This document shows positions 10,213 to 21,646 of a stretch of DNA of 64,000 nt, piece by piece. Source of the DNA: Macrostomum lignano (taxonomy: Eukaryota); contig NIVC01001274.1 in the NCBI GenBank assembly GCA_002269645.1, positions 62,001 through 126,000 of the forward strand, given 5' to 3'. The translations under genes were made by a program, and so were the position numbers. Numbering within the stretch: the first letter of the stretch is position 1; the number at the start of each line of letters is the position of its first letter. Below the pieces are notes generated by a model, which ran no database searches, was not told the DNA's origin, and saw only the letters and a list, made by a program, of their open reading frames with translations.

Positions 10213-13019
10213 GTTATAAAAGTGGGCATAATGAATCTGATTATTGTGCTATTCTAAACTATGAAAAACGGCTTATCCATGTTTTAAAAAACTAAAATAC
10301 CTGAATTCGCACAAGAGTTAATTTTAGAAAATTTTCTTTATACTACTTTGGTCTCATCACTAGTAGTCCATGGTTGCTTTCCCAAAAATTCGAGACTTCG
10401 CAACAGCTAGATCACCGCAAAAGGTACATGTATTTCAGCCACTCGCCTTTTTTGGAGACAATTGGAATGAATTTTTGTGCTAAGCCGTCTTTCACTATCT
10501 GCTGGCATCTGCACATTACCATACTGCTTGCTAGGGCTCACCTACATGTATATTGGTCACAATGAAGTTTCAAGGCGTTTAACTTAGGCTAAAAAAACTT
10601 GTAAACGGTAGCTTTCCATAGCAGGTGAAAATTTTGCCATGAAAGCGAATCCTCGGGTTCCCATGCTGTAACTTTGGCTTAACAATTTGCATTCAATTTG
10701 CACACGGCACAGCCCACCGTCTATCACTCAGATCCGACACTCAGAAGCGCATTCAAAATACTGTTACTCTAGATTCGCAGATGGTTATATCATCGTAAGG
10801 TTAATATCGTAAGGTTAAAATAGGATTCAGGCAAAATGACCTTCAAACTACTGAGTTTCCTACGGACCATTTCCTCTGGCTCACTACAGCGACTGCGCTG
10901 AACATCTGGAGTTCTGCCTGCGACGGATGGAGACTAGCAGGGACGAAAAACGAATCGACATGGAGAAGCAGGACGAAGAGAAGTTCGAAATCGTCAGTGA
11001 AAAGCTTGAACGCTTTTAGAGCAGCTTAGTAACTTTAAAGGCAATATTTTTTGTCCTGAGAAAATTTTGAGTCGCTCTATATCATTGTGTCTAGATTTCG
11101 CAGGCCACATCGCGGGCCGAAATGACGATATGTGAGGCTAGTCTATGGCCAAACTTTTGCCAGAACGATTGAGTATAACATATGTACTCGTAATTAATGT
11201 ATACTTAAAAGTTGTAACAAATAACCATTAAATGTAACTGTCACATACATTGCTAGCAAAATTCATTGTCCGTTACAGGTTCACATCTTGCTTCCATTCA
11301 CCACCTGCCTCTTTTACAAGAAGAAGCTAATTTTAGCTCCATCCTTCTCCTGAGTAGCTATTGGGTTGCGCGACGGGCCAGGCTCATTGTACTCCGTCTG
11401 GCGGTGCTCCATTGAAACCACCTTCGACATCTTCGACTCTGAATGCAATGCTTCCGTGAGACTGCGAGAAACCTGGATCTTTCTCTTCTCAGAGATGCGC
11501 TTGGTGTATCGATTGACGGATTCATCGCGGCGACGACCTACAAAAATCGGTTTCTTTAGAGTGATGCTATAATCTATAACTTAGCACACTAACTGTTACA
11601 GCCTTGATTTCATCCATAGAGTGTCAAATCCGGAGATATCTCCAGTCGCAAATTCTTGACAAATTTATCATTTTTCTCTAGCTCAGCAGGTTGACAAAAA
11701 AGGAAGTTAAATTCAGAGAAAAGAATTCTGATATCCACTACTTAACTGTAGTCAGACTCTGGTTGATTTTATCTATGGTTAAAATGTGGGGGCGAAGCCC
11801 CCCCCCCCACCTCAGTTTTTGCACTTAGCCACGCCGCGGGCAGAAACAACGATTCGGCCCGGGATTATAGTCTATGGTAAAGATAGTATATCGAAAACTG
11901 CATACTTGAAGTGATGCGGCCCGCGAAGTATGACACAATAGAAATGTCTATGCTTCCTAGGGCCGAGACGGCACAATTCTCGGGCTGCTGCGCAGCCAGT
12001 AGGGGCCTTACAATGGATTCTATGGTTGGGGCATGGGGGGACAAAGCCAAGAATTTTACATCACTAAATTAATTTGGAAATCGGTTTTTTTACATATTTT
12101 GACGCCCTGAAGCGAAGTTATTAATTTCCATAACGGGTCACGTGGTGGGCCATAGCCTCTACTGGGGGACATGTCCTCTTTGTCCCCCCCCTTGGTTGCG
12201 ACACCCCTGACACTCATAGTTTTTCTTTATTGTATCTCGAGAAAGACTCCAAGAATTCTATTAGACCATCCAAATGAAAATAAATTGCACTTGCACTTTT
12301 TGGAGAGAGTTAACAATTAAAAAGGAGACAGAGATAGGGTAAACTCAGTAATTCTGAGTAATTTCTATCAGATTCTGCTTTTAGAAATTTTAGCCTTCTG
12401 TAATTTTTTGTGCCTGCGTACAACCAAAACATCTTTGTATACTTTGCTTTTTGCATCAAAAAAACTTAGACACAAGTACGCGGCTATAAACTTGTGAATT
12501 GCTTTTGGTCTCTACAACTTTATGTTTTGTGCTTTATTTTTATCCTTTATTTTACCTTGCTGTCACGTGGTTTCTTGCTGTTTTTTAATTCCAGTCTGTA
12601 TGGTACAATAGGTACAATAATCCTAAAGGTACAATAAGAAATTTGGAAACTGCTCTGTACTTTAACAGAAACCTTAAAACTCCTTGACTGTCCCAATGCT
12701 AAAATTTATCAAGCTTGAACTACTACTAGTAGGGTAAAAGCATATCTGCTTGGCAATTTGCTAAGATCAGAAACAAAGATCTTCATAAATCATAAACACT
12801 AATCATTATCATACACTTGAATAAGCAACCGTGAGAGAATAATTCATGTGCAGCACATTCAATCCTCAGTGACTAAAGGCAGGTAAAACAAGAACTAGAT
12901 AACTTCTTAACATTAAAATATATTTAATTTGTCCTTGGTGAAAACACAGGTGACCAACAACACAAGTGCAACACGCATTAACTACTCAGTGACAAAACAC
13001 AGGTTCAGTATATACTGGT

Positions 13020-14580
13020 TCACTCCTCAGTAACCGTTGGTAGGTGCAGTACAAATGACCGCATGTTGACACTCTCGCATTTTGTCAAATCTCTGTCAGT
13101 CATTTTCAGCCAAGGCCGGCACCCAGGCTGAGCACTGTCAGTCTCGTACGTCACTTTCGGAGCAAAGTAAGCAGACGGCATCACGCAGACCCGCGTTGAC
13201 GGCCCGCCGTCTTTGAAGCTGTGCAGCGTTCGATCAACAACGCGAGCCAGCAGTCGCGGATCGGCCACGGAGACGATGCCAGCCGGCGCTGCCTGACGCT
13301 GCCAGACGATGTCGTGCATCAGCTTGAGCAGCCGCAGCCACAGCTGATGTCCCGGCTTGCTGAACAGGAAGCTGATCGCAATATTGCCATCAGCTTTTGC
13401 TGTGGCACTCAAAGCAACTCCACAGTCAGTGAGCAGGTGCTCGAAGCTTCTCAGGCACCGACTGTCCAGATCGGCGTACACCCCGCCGTGAACGTACATG
13501 TACAGGTAGCGGGACGCAACCAGACGCTCTTGAAGAGTTGCCAACCGACTGTAGGTGGACTTAAACCAGGGTGCCAAGTCTCGAACCAGACGTTCGTTGT
13601 CCTTCTCAGTCCAGAGTCGATGGCGCCAGCCGTGCATGCAGGACTGCCAACTGAGCTGCCAACTCGCTTTGAGTTGCTTCGACTGTTGAGCCATCGCTGA
13701 TGCACCCGATGGCAAAGTAACCGACTCCAGCTGCTGGTGAACTGTGCGCCAGTTCCTTGTAATTCGGTTCCACTTGTTAGCTGAGGGTAGTTGGGCCTTT
13801 TTTCCAAATCGGTTTTTCAGCTGCTGCTCAACTTTCGCTGCTTCAGGAATATCCTTGACGAAAAGGAAGTCGATGGTATTAAATTTTTCCTATGGTGCTT
13901 ACTCATAAGTAGTATAAAGCTCCTAAGTAAGTAGTATATTAAGTAGTATAGTCTAAAGAGATATTTTTGGGCTCTATTGTCATGTCCCTGGCTCCTGGCC
14001 CCTTTCGCTGGCCCCTGAAAAAGACAACACACCGCACAGAATGCATATCAGCCCTGACTTTGTCATTGTGGGTTTGGTCCAACTGGATTTTTCTCGCTAA
14101 TCAACGAAGGCACGCTATAGCTTGGTTTGCAGCTAGCATCGTAGTTTAGTATGCGCAGTGCAAACACACCCAATTCCCTGCCTCACATTCTGGGCATATA
14201 TGGACCAGCCAACATGATTATACGGTAGGCCTGGGTCTTTGAATGCACTTTCTATTCCTTAGGTACAAACCTTTATTTGCAGAGGCGCCGCAGGTCTCAT
14301 ATAGGCTCCAAGGTAATAGCACAGACCGACTACAATAGCTAGAAGAACTAGAATCCACATCGGCTGCAATGGATACAGTCTGGAGATCAGCTTTCGCTTC
14401 ATGATGCAGTACAATCGATTGGAAGTAGCGGTTGAACGGCGCAGCTGCGGGCTGCAGCGTAGACAGCTGGTTTTGAGCCGAATTTTGTTGCCAGAAGAAA
14501 CGACGCGACTTGTAGCTGGTTTCTGATGCTAATAAGGGAGACAGTTTAGAGTGCTGCCAGACTAAATAGAGTGCAAGCAT
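13020..14580 (-). CDS. GT32 DXD glycosyltransferase, SUR1/CSH1/OCH1-like; catalytic exon about 13889-13020, probable 5' exon 14580 to about 14270
   Basis: WRHRLWTEKD...PWFKSTY...RYLYMYVHGGVYADLDSRCLRSFEHLL fits the glycosyltransferase sugar-binding DXD region; frame open upstream to about 13889; hydrophobic start MLALYLVWQ at 14580. The 5' splice junction is not resolved. Confidence 0.75.
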
Positions 14581-17500
14581 TTCACTCTAGTAGAGGTTTT
14601 GAGCAACTTAAGTGAAAGATGATGTTAAATATGATGCCGGTCAGGGGAGAAACTGCATGGGGAGGAAAGGAATGCGAGAGAGTGAAGTTAGGGCTTTTTC
14701 TGAGAGGGTTTTTTACTCTCCACCAATAGCAGCGCACATGCCTCCTTCCACCGCGCTCTGGGCCGCTCCATCAGTTGGGATTGAAGGATGAAAATTGGGA
14801 TATTTTTTCCCTAGGACCGCGGAGAGTGACAATGCAGAACAAATGCCGTCACCCCCACTTACTATGCTGAGGTGCTTTGTCTCACTCCGGCTTTTACGCA
14901 ATCCTCATTCCCGCAGGCCCTCTATTGTAGCAAGCATTACGAGTGCACCTGCTCGTCAGATTTTGCCTATTGTCAATTGTCTGTCGCTATTCTGTCGTAG
15001 CCTCAGCTTGATTCAGAGTATTCTCAGCTCAAAGTGCAGCATATTTTCGAAACACAGCTGCTTTTGTAGCTTTTGACACAGGTTGCAGAGGTGACAGTTC
15101 AATGTTTAAACGTATCTGACGTTTGCACAGGTAGTTTTAGGAATGTGACTCTCAAACAGGTAAATTCTTATAAACTACAGAACTAATACGTCTCTCTGGT
15201 GTAATAATTCTGAGATTGACAAACCACAATTAAAGGCATGTCTAAATTATAACATGTCGAAACGGTAAATTTACGGCTCAGCAGAAGACATCAAGCTAGG
15301 TAATGATAAAAGTACATGCGCGTGCACGCTCGCAATGCCCGTGATCCCTGTCCGTATGAGGATCGAAAACAACACAAAGTATTGTTGCCTGGGCAACGCG
15401 TTTATCAACAAATCCATATCAACTGACTGTACTCATTGAGTCGTTTTCGCTTCGCTAGCCATCTGAGCGGCCTGTCATAGCTTCTTGGTCCCATCTCGTC
15501 AATGCTTACGTTATAATATATATTTAGTGCCAATCATGCAGATTGATTTTATCGATTCATCTCTGTGTCTCAGACAGAAGTCGCTGTCACACACTGTTCC
15601 ATAGCGATTGCTAATGCATTATTTAAAAGCTCCTTCAGCATCCCCGCAGTCTTGCATCAGGACCATTACCTGCACGGCCCATTGTGTTTGATAGTTGTGC
15701 GTCAATCGACTTTGTAGACAGAATAGCTTCAGTGTGTTTGATTAACCCTGCTGTGGTGAACTTTCTGAAAAAAATTGTTGGATTAGTTTGATCCCAATTG
15801 TGACTCGAATCTCGATCGGTGAAGGATTATCTTGAGGCAGGGTCGACTGCGTAGTCGACTGTGAGCGGGGTGCTTTCACAAGGTCGAAATTTCGCAACGT
15901 CGAAAAGTTAATATAATAAGAACTACGCTCGTATGCAGTTGTTTTCGATGTTATGAAGTTTCGACCTTGTGATGTTTCGATCAATTGTGAAAGAGGGTGC
16001 TTTCGAAGTTGTGAAATTTCGAGTTTGTGAACCCCCCCCCCTGCGAGCCGCAGGAGGAGAAGAGAGGAGAGGGAATAGAGATGAGAGTTAAAAGAAAGTC
16101 TAAAAGAGAGTCAGACGCGTCTACCGCAGAGCTGCTCCGCCCCTACCGTTCTTGGAAACCTTGGCGTGTCTTATTGACTTTTTTTGAAAAATGAAGATAC
16201 GCTGTGGCAATACCAAAACACTTCATTGGCCTTGAGTTAAGCTGAGAAATCTGCAAATTGAACCTATTTTTTCCAAGGAATTAATCTAGTTTAAGCGTTG
16301 TAAGTCGTAACCTCGTCATATTGTAGACACATCCTATTTATTTTTAAATAGATTCTTTCTCTCTTATTCTTCTACTATAAGTAACTAATCTGCGTTCCAA
16401 TGATGATCATGTCCAAACTCATTTTTAAAATGTATACTTTCGATACCAAAATTTATCTCTGAGCAAATCTCTGGGACTGAGATTAAAAAAAAAGTTCAGA
16501 AACTCAGACTTGAAGATCGCCTTTTAAAGATGGTTTTGTTTAAAAAACAGTAGAAAATGATGAAAAATTAAGGTTTTGTGCTTTTCAAGTTTTAAATGCT
16601 TTGTTTCTGCTTTTACTAAATTTAACTGCATCTATCAATAAAAGACAGAGGCGTAGTTTCTCCGTGTTTTATCATACCTAGCTAGAGGAATCATTGGTAC
16701 ACGTGTAGCAGTTAAAACAAAAGGAGCCAACGAGTTCAATAACATTGTATCATTGAAATCAATCAATTGTTTTATTTAAGATTCGCGCTTGCATCAAAAA
16801 TTTGCATACCGGATAAAATAGATGAGCTCAATGATTTTCAATCAGTATCTGAGGATAGTGCATATCAGCATCAGCAGAGGTCAGCATGGCCTGAGATCTG
16901 CAGAACTTCCCTGAGCATCAATTATTAATGATGAGCGCGCGCTCATTTCAAAACGCTCCAAAGAATCTCAGAGCTTTCGATGGTTGGTAGTTTACAGTCG
17001 CCCGCCACCAAATAGAGCCTATAGAAATGAACAGGAGTTAAGCTGACGCCCAAGTCCCAATTTTTATACGTACAACCGCCGCCGCCTTAACTTTGACAGT
17101 CTTATTTGGCCAGCCAACCTCCGCAGTTGTCTGCAGTGGTGACTCATCATCAAGGCTGCAGCTCCCAGCCTCCCTTCCTAGCAGCCACCCTCCCGACACC
17201 CCCACTCGCCGTTTCCATGCATTCCTCTCCTCACGTTCCAGCTCTCTGTTTCGCTACCATCCTATCCCAGTTCCAGACCTACTGTACTAAATAGACAGTC
17301 GAGGCATATCACTTCCCATTTTTAACTTGCCAATACTGTAAACTATACATTACCAACTTGCAGTCCAAAAACTCTGTTTTATCAATTGCATATCGTCTCA
17401 AGATCGTAAGCTCAACACTAAAAAAAGACAGCCAGCCAATAAGAAGCAATATTGCCAGCTCATTTCGTTTTGCCAACGAACGTTCAAAGAAGAAAAAAAA

Positions 17501-17824
17501 TAAATGGAGTAATAGCCACTGTAGAGAAATACCTCGTCTCTACAGCATACACTCTTCACACCGTGGATGCGCCCTCATCCAGTCAAAGGCAGCACCGTCG
17601 CTCTCTTTCCGCCTCTCGCAGTGTTCCTACTTGAGCACAATTGGCACACAAAAGCGCTCAACCATATTGACTGTTCTCAAGACGATAGAAAATTAAGCGA
17701 AGAGAAGCTACAACAGAGCAAAGCCTGGAGTAGACGACTAAACAGTGAGCCATTAAATTGTCTACAGTTCGCAGTAAGCGAGTCAAAATTCGAAAGTTTT
17801 CAAAGACGATTTCGACTTTTCGAC

Positions 17825-20080
17825 ATGGCGACAACAATCAGCGTCCTGTCGAACTTCTCCAACTCTCGCTCGCCGGAGGAGTATCCAGTGGACGCGTCAA
17901 CAACTGCCAGTGACCTAGTGAAGGCGGTGCTAGCCAGGCACAGCATGCTGTCCAAGGACCCGCACCTGCTCTATGTGACGCTAGACACCCTCGGTCCGCG
18001 CGGTTTCGCCGAATCAGTTGAACTGGACGATACTTCCCGTCTATTGCAACGCCTCAGAACCGCGCGACTGACTTCCAAGCCATCGTTCAATCACGTGTTC
18101 GTCATGCACATGCGTTCAGGCGGGCTGCTGAAAATTCACGACTCGTGCATTATGCCCGGTAGCTTCTACAACTCGTTGTACGTCTCCATGGAAACAAAAA
18201 CTACTCAGGTGATAGCATTGTTATTAGCTTCGTATGGCTCGAAAGAGTTGGCTAGTAATTTTCAACTAGTTGCTAAGGACTCCAAAGGACGCGAGATTCG
18301 TCAACTGATGCCGGGCGAGTTTCCGTTGGCGGTGCAGCAGCAGCATCAGTCAAGAGCCGGGGGCGGAGAGCTCAGCATCCATTTGAAACGGGCTGGTAAA
18401 ATAGTTCGGTCGCCGACGTATCACGGACAGCCGAGTGGGCGAGAAGACTCTAACGGCCCAGATGGAGGAGGCGGCGGTGGCGACAACGGAGGCCGCAGCG
18501 GCAACGGCAGCGAAGTTCTGAGCCGTTCGGAAACCCTAGCCCGCTTACAGTCTAGCTTCAGAGAGCTGCAACGCCTGCGAGAGAAGAATCCCGACCTGTA
18601 CGACAAGCTGCTGGTGGCTGGACAACAATCCGACGGAAGCCAGACGGCACAGGCTGGCAAAACAAGCAGCAAGCAATCCGGCTCGAAGCAGACAGGAGCA
18701 GCAGCTCAGGCAAATCAGAAGCAGAAGTACGCAGTTGGTAGCAGCGGATTTCTATCAGCTCGTCAGCATTCCGTTCGGCTCGGATCTTCGTCCCGTCAGC
18801 GAATCACTGGCACCACTGGTGCAGCAGTCGGTCCTGCTACCGAGGCAACTACAGGCAGCTATTCAGCCAGAACAACGAAGAGCAGTCATGCGGACCGGCA
18901 GCGCAAGGAGAACTATACAGACTATTGGTTCACTGGCGGAACCGATTATCCAGAATTCGATCGTCATTATGAAGACGCAAACTTCCTTAATAGGCAGCTG
19001 AGACTGAATCGAAGTGCTCGAGGTGAACTGCAGCAACCACGGCAGCAGCTGATAGAGCAGATGAGACAACAGCAGCAGCAACAGCCAGCAGAGCAGGCAA
19101 AACCGCAAACGCAAAAGCAGCAGTCTTCAAAGAGGCAACTGCCGCAGGTGCCACAGCAGAGTGGCGACTCCGAGCTTCGAGTAAGGCGACTCAAGATGGA
19201 GCAGGCAGCTCAGCGCCAGCTTCTGCTGCCCTCTTCGAGCACTGGAGGCGGCGTTGACAAAGCAACGCATCGGAAGGACTTTCAATGTCAGACCAGCATT
19301 CCATCGGACGAGCCAATGCACCAACAGCAACAACAGAATTCCCATCAGCCGAGCCTTCGCGAGATACTGTCAGTCTGCGAGACTCACTCGTGTCAGCTTA
19401 CCCGAAGCTCGTTAGCTCAGCCCTGGGGCCTGCGCTGGCGAGAGGTTCAATTCGGCGACGTCAACGGTAACCATCGAGACGAAGCGTCGACGACAGGTCT
19501 GACCAAGCCCGCCATAGGTAGGCGTCAGGGCGCCTTTCAGCGTAACGAGCGTCTGTTAAAGTACATGCGAACTCTGGTTGCCATAGAGACTGCAGAGACT
19601 AAAGACGGAGTGAACAACCTCTCTGGCAACGGAGCCGACCTTCGATCCGGCGATCTTGTAATTGAGGTAAACGGTTGCCTAGCAACAGGTCTATCTCCCG
19701 AGCAGCTAGACAGCATCATAGACTCTCAATTGACTCTTGATCTATTGTTAGCCCGGCAACCGAGCAGCAGCGTTTCCATAGCAACTGGCGGTACAGCTGC
19801 AGAGCTCTCAGAGACCGAATCGGGTCTGTCCGACAGAGACGACAGCGAACAAGACTTGCGACTGCGACTGAGGCGCTTGCAGCTGCAGTGCAACGAGTTG
19901 GCTAGCCAGTGCCGCGTACACGAACTGGTAATCCAACGGTTGAGAAGCCAGCTGACCAAGACTGCCCGGGTTTGCCTGCTGCAGCACACCGAGGCCAGGC
20001 CAAGGAGCCACGCCGAGTCGGAGCGCTCGTTCCAGGTGATCAACGCTTCAAAAGAGTCTCCAGTTACTTCGGCAGTTTGA
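17825..20080 (+). CDS. Intronless protein with tandem Ras-association (RA) domains, polyQ linker, PDZ domain and C-terminal coiled coil
   Basis: Open frame 17567..20080, ATG at 17825; RA-like GGLLKIHDSCIMPGSFYNSLYVS...VIALLL...FQL; PDZ-like LTRSSLAQPWGLR...LRSGDLVIEVNG...LDLLLAR; heptad LRLRLRRLQLQCNEL. Confidence 0.75.
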   Translation: MATTISVLSNFSNSRSPEEYPVDASTTASDLVKAVLARHSMLSKDPHLLYVTLDTLGPRGFAESVELDDTSRLLQRLRTARLTSKPSFNHVFVMHMRSGGLLKIHDSCIMPGSFYNSLYVSMETKTTQVIALLLASYGSKELASNFQLVAKDSKGREIRQLMPGEFPLAVQQQHQSRAGGGELSIHLKRAGKIVRSPTYHGQPSGREDSNGPDGGGGGGDNGGRSGNGSEVLSRSETLARLQSSFRELQRLREKNPDLYDKLLVAGQQSDGSQTAQAGKTSSKQSGSKQTGAAAQANQKQKYAVGSSGFLSARQHSVRLGSSSRQRITGTTGAAVGPATEATTGSYSARTTKSSHADRQRKENYTDYWFTGGTDYPEFDRHYEDANFLNRQLRLNRSARGELQQPRQQLIEQMRQQQQQQPAEQAKPQTQKQQSSKRQLPQVPQQSGDSELRVRRLKMEQAAQRQLLLPSSSTGGGVDKATHRKDFQCQTSIPSDEPMHQQQQQNSHQPSLREILSVCETHSCQLTRSSLAQPWGLRWREVQFGDVNGNHRDEASTTGLTKPAIGRRQGAFQRNERLLKYMRTLVAIETAETKDGVNNLSGNGADLRSGDLVIEVNGCLATGLSPEQLDSIIDSQLTLDLLLARQPSSSVSIATGGTAAELSETESGLSDRDDSEQDLRLRLRRLQLQCNELASQCRVHELVIQRLRSQLTKTARVCLLQHTEARPRSHAESERSFQVINASKESPVTSAV

Positions 20081-20466
20081 ACTTTCAAATTGAAGATAAA
20101 TTTGTTTCAATTTGTACGCAATTGTCTTTCGGCGCTAGCTAAGCCAGTTATTACAGTGCATGACTGTTTTTATTAACTCCACTTCATTCCAAGTAGATAT
20201 TTTTGTCACAATAGTAGTTCATAATCTCTACATTTATTGCAAAACAGGTCGCTCATGATAAATATTGACAACATTTCGGGACGAAAAATAATGCAAATAA
20301 AACTTGGAAAGAAGTATAACAAATGTTGACTGTTTGTTTGCGACTAAAAATATTCGCGAAGCTAGAATGTTAGACATTGATTTCTGAACATAAAAATAAG
20401 CGATGTTATTCAGAATTCAGCTATTCATAAATCGATTCTCCTCACTTTAACTGCTCTCTTCAGTCT

Positions 20467-21634
20467 CCCTCACTGCCCATGATTGTCCTCTAACTGCCCA
20501 TGACTGTCCCCTCATTGCCCGTGACTGTCCCCTCATTGCCCGTGACTGTCCCCTCACTGCCCATGACTGTCCCCTCATTGCCTATAACTGTCCCCTCACT
20601 GCCCATAACTGTCCCCTCACTGCCTATAACTGTCCCCTCACTGCCCATAACTGTCCCCTCACTGCCCATAACTGTCCCCTCACTGCCCATAACTGTCCCC
20701 TCACTGCCCATAACTGTCCCCTCACTGCCCATAACTGTCCCCTCACTGCCTATAACTGTCCCCTCACTGCCCATAACTGTCCCCTCACTGCCCATAACTG
20801 TCCCCTCACTGCCCATGACTGTCCCCTCACTGCCCATGACTGTCCCCTCACAACCTATGACTGTCCCCTCACTGCCCATGACTGTCCCCTCACTGCCCAT
20901 GACTGTCCCCTCACTGCCCGTGACTGTCCCCTCATTGCCCATGATTGTCCCTCACTGCCCGTGACTGTCCTCTCACTGCCCATGACTGTCCCTTCACTGC
21001 CCATAACTGTCCCCTCACTGCCCATGACTGTCCCCTCACTGCCCGTGACTGTCCTCTCACTGCCTGTGACTGTCCCCTCACTGCCCGTGACTGTCCCCTC
21101 ACTGCCCGTGACTGTCCCCTCACTGCCTATGACTGTCCCCTCACTGCCCATGACTGTCCCCTCACTGCCCATGACTGTCCCCTCACTGCCTATGACTGTC
21201 CCCTCACTGCCCATGACTGTCCCCTCACTGCCCGTGACTGTCCCCTCACTGCCCGTGACTGTCCCCTCACTGCCTATGACTGTCCCCTCACTGCCCGTGA
21301 CTGTCCCCTCACTGCCCATGACTGTCCCCTCACTGCCCATGACTGTCTCCTCACTGCCTGTGACTGTCCCCTCACTGCCCGTGACTGTCCCCTCACTGCC
21401 TGTGACTGTCCCCTCACTGCCCGTGACTGTCCCCTCACTGCCTGTGACTGTCCCCTCACTGCCCGTGACTGTCCCCTCACTGCCCGTGACTGTCCCCTCA
21501 CTGCCCGTGACTGTCCCCTCACTGCCCATGACTGTCCCCTCACTGCCCGTGACTGTCCCCTCACTGCCCGTGACTGTCCCCTCACTGCCCATGACTGTCC
21601 CCTCACTGCCCGTGACTGTCCCCTCACTGCCTAT
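20467..21634. repeat. 21-bp minisatellite, about 55 copies
   Basis: Unit ACTGTCCCCTCACTGCCCGTG with ATG/ATA variants. Confidence 0.97.
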
Positions 21635-21646
21635 CCAATGCAAAGG

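Noticed and set aside
9658-10229. SVSQ-repeat ORFs
   Set aside because: Products of (GACT)n.
10820-11545. Two short coding-like frames (YGPFPLAHY...ERF on +; GRRRDESV...FFL on - after a TTTTGTAG)
   Set aside because: No recognisable domain and no partner exons identified; could be TE debris.
12193-12209. hAT-like terminus GGTTGCGACACCCCTG, and similar GC-rich ends near 43560-43975
   Set aside because: No convincing matching TIR or 8-bp TSD found.
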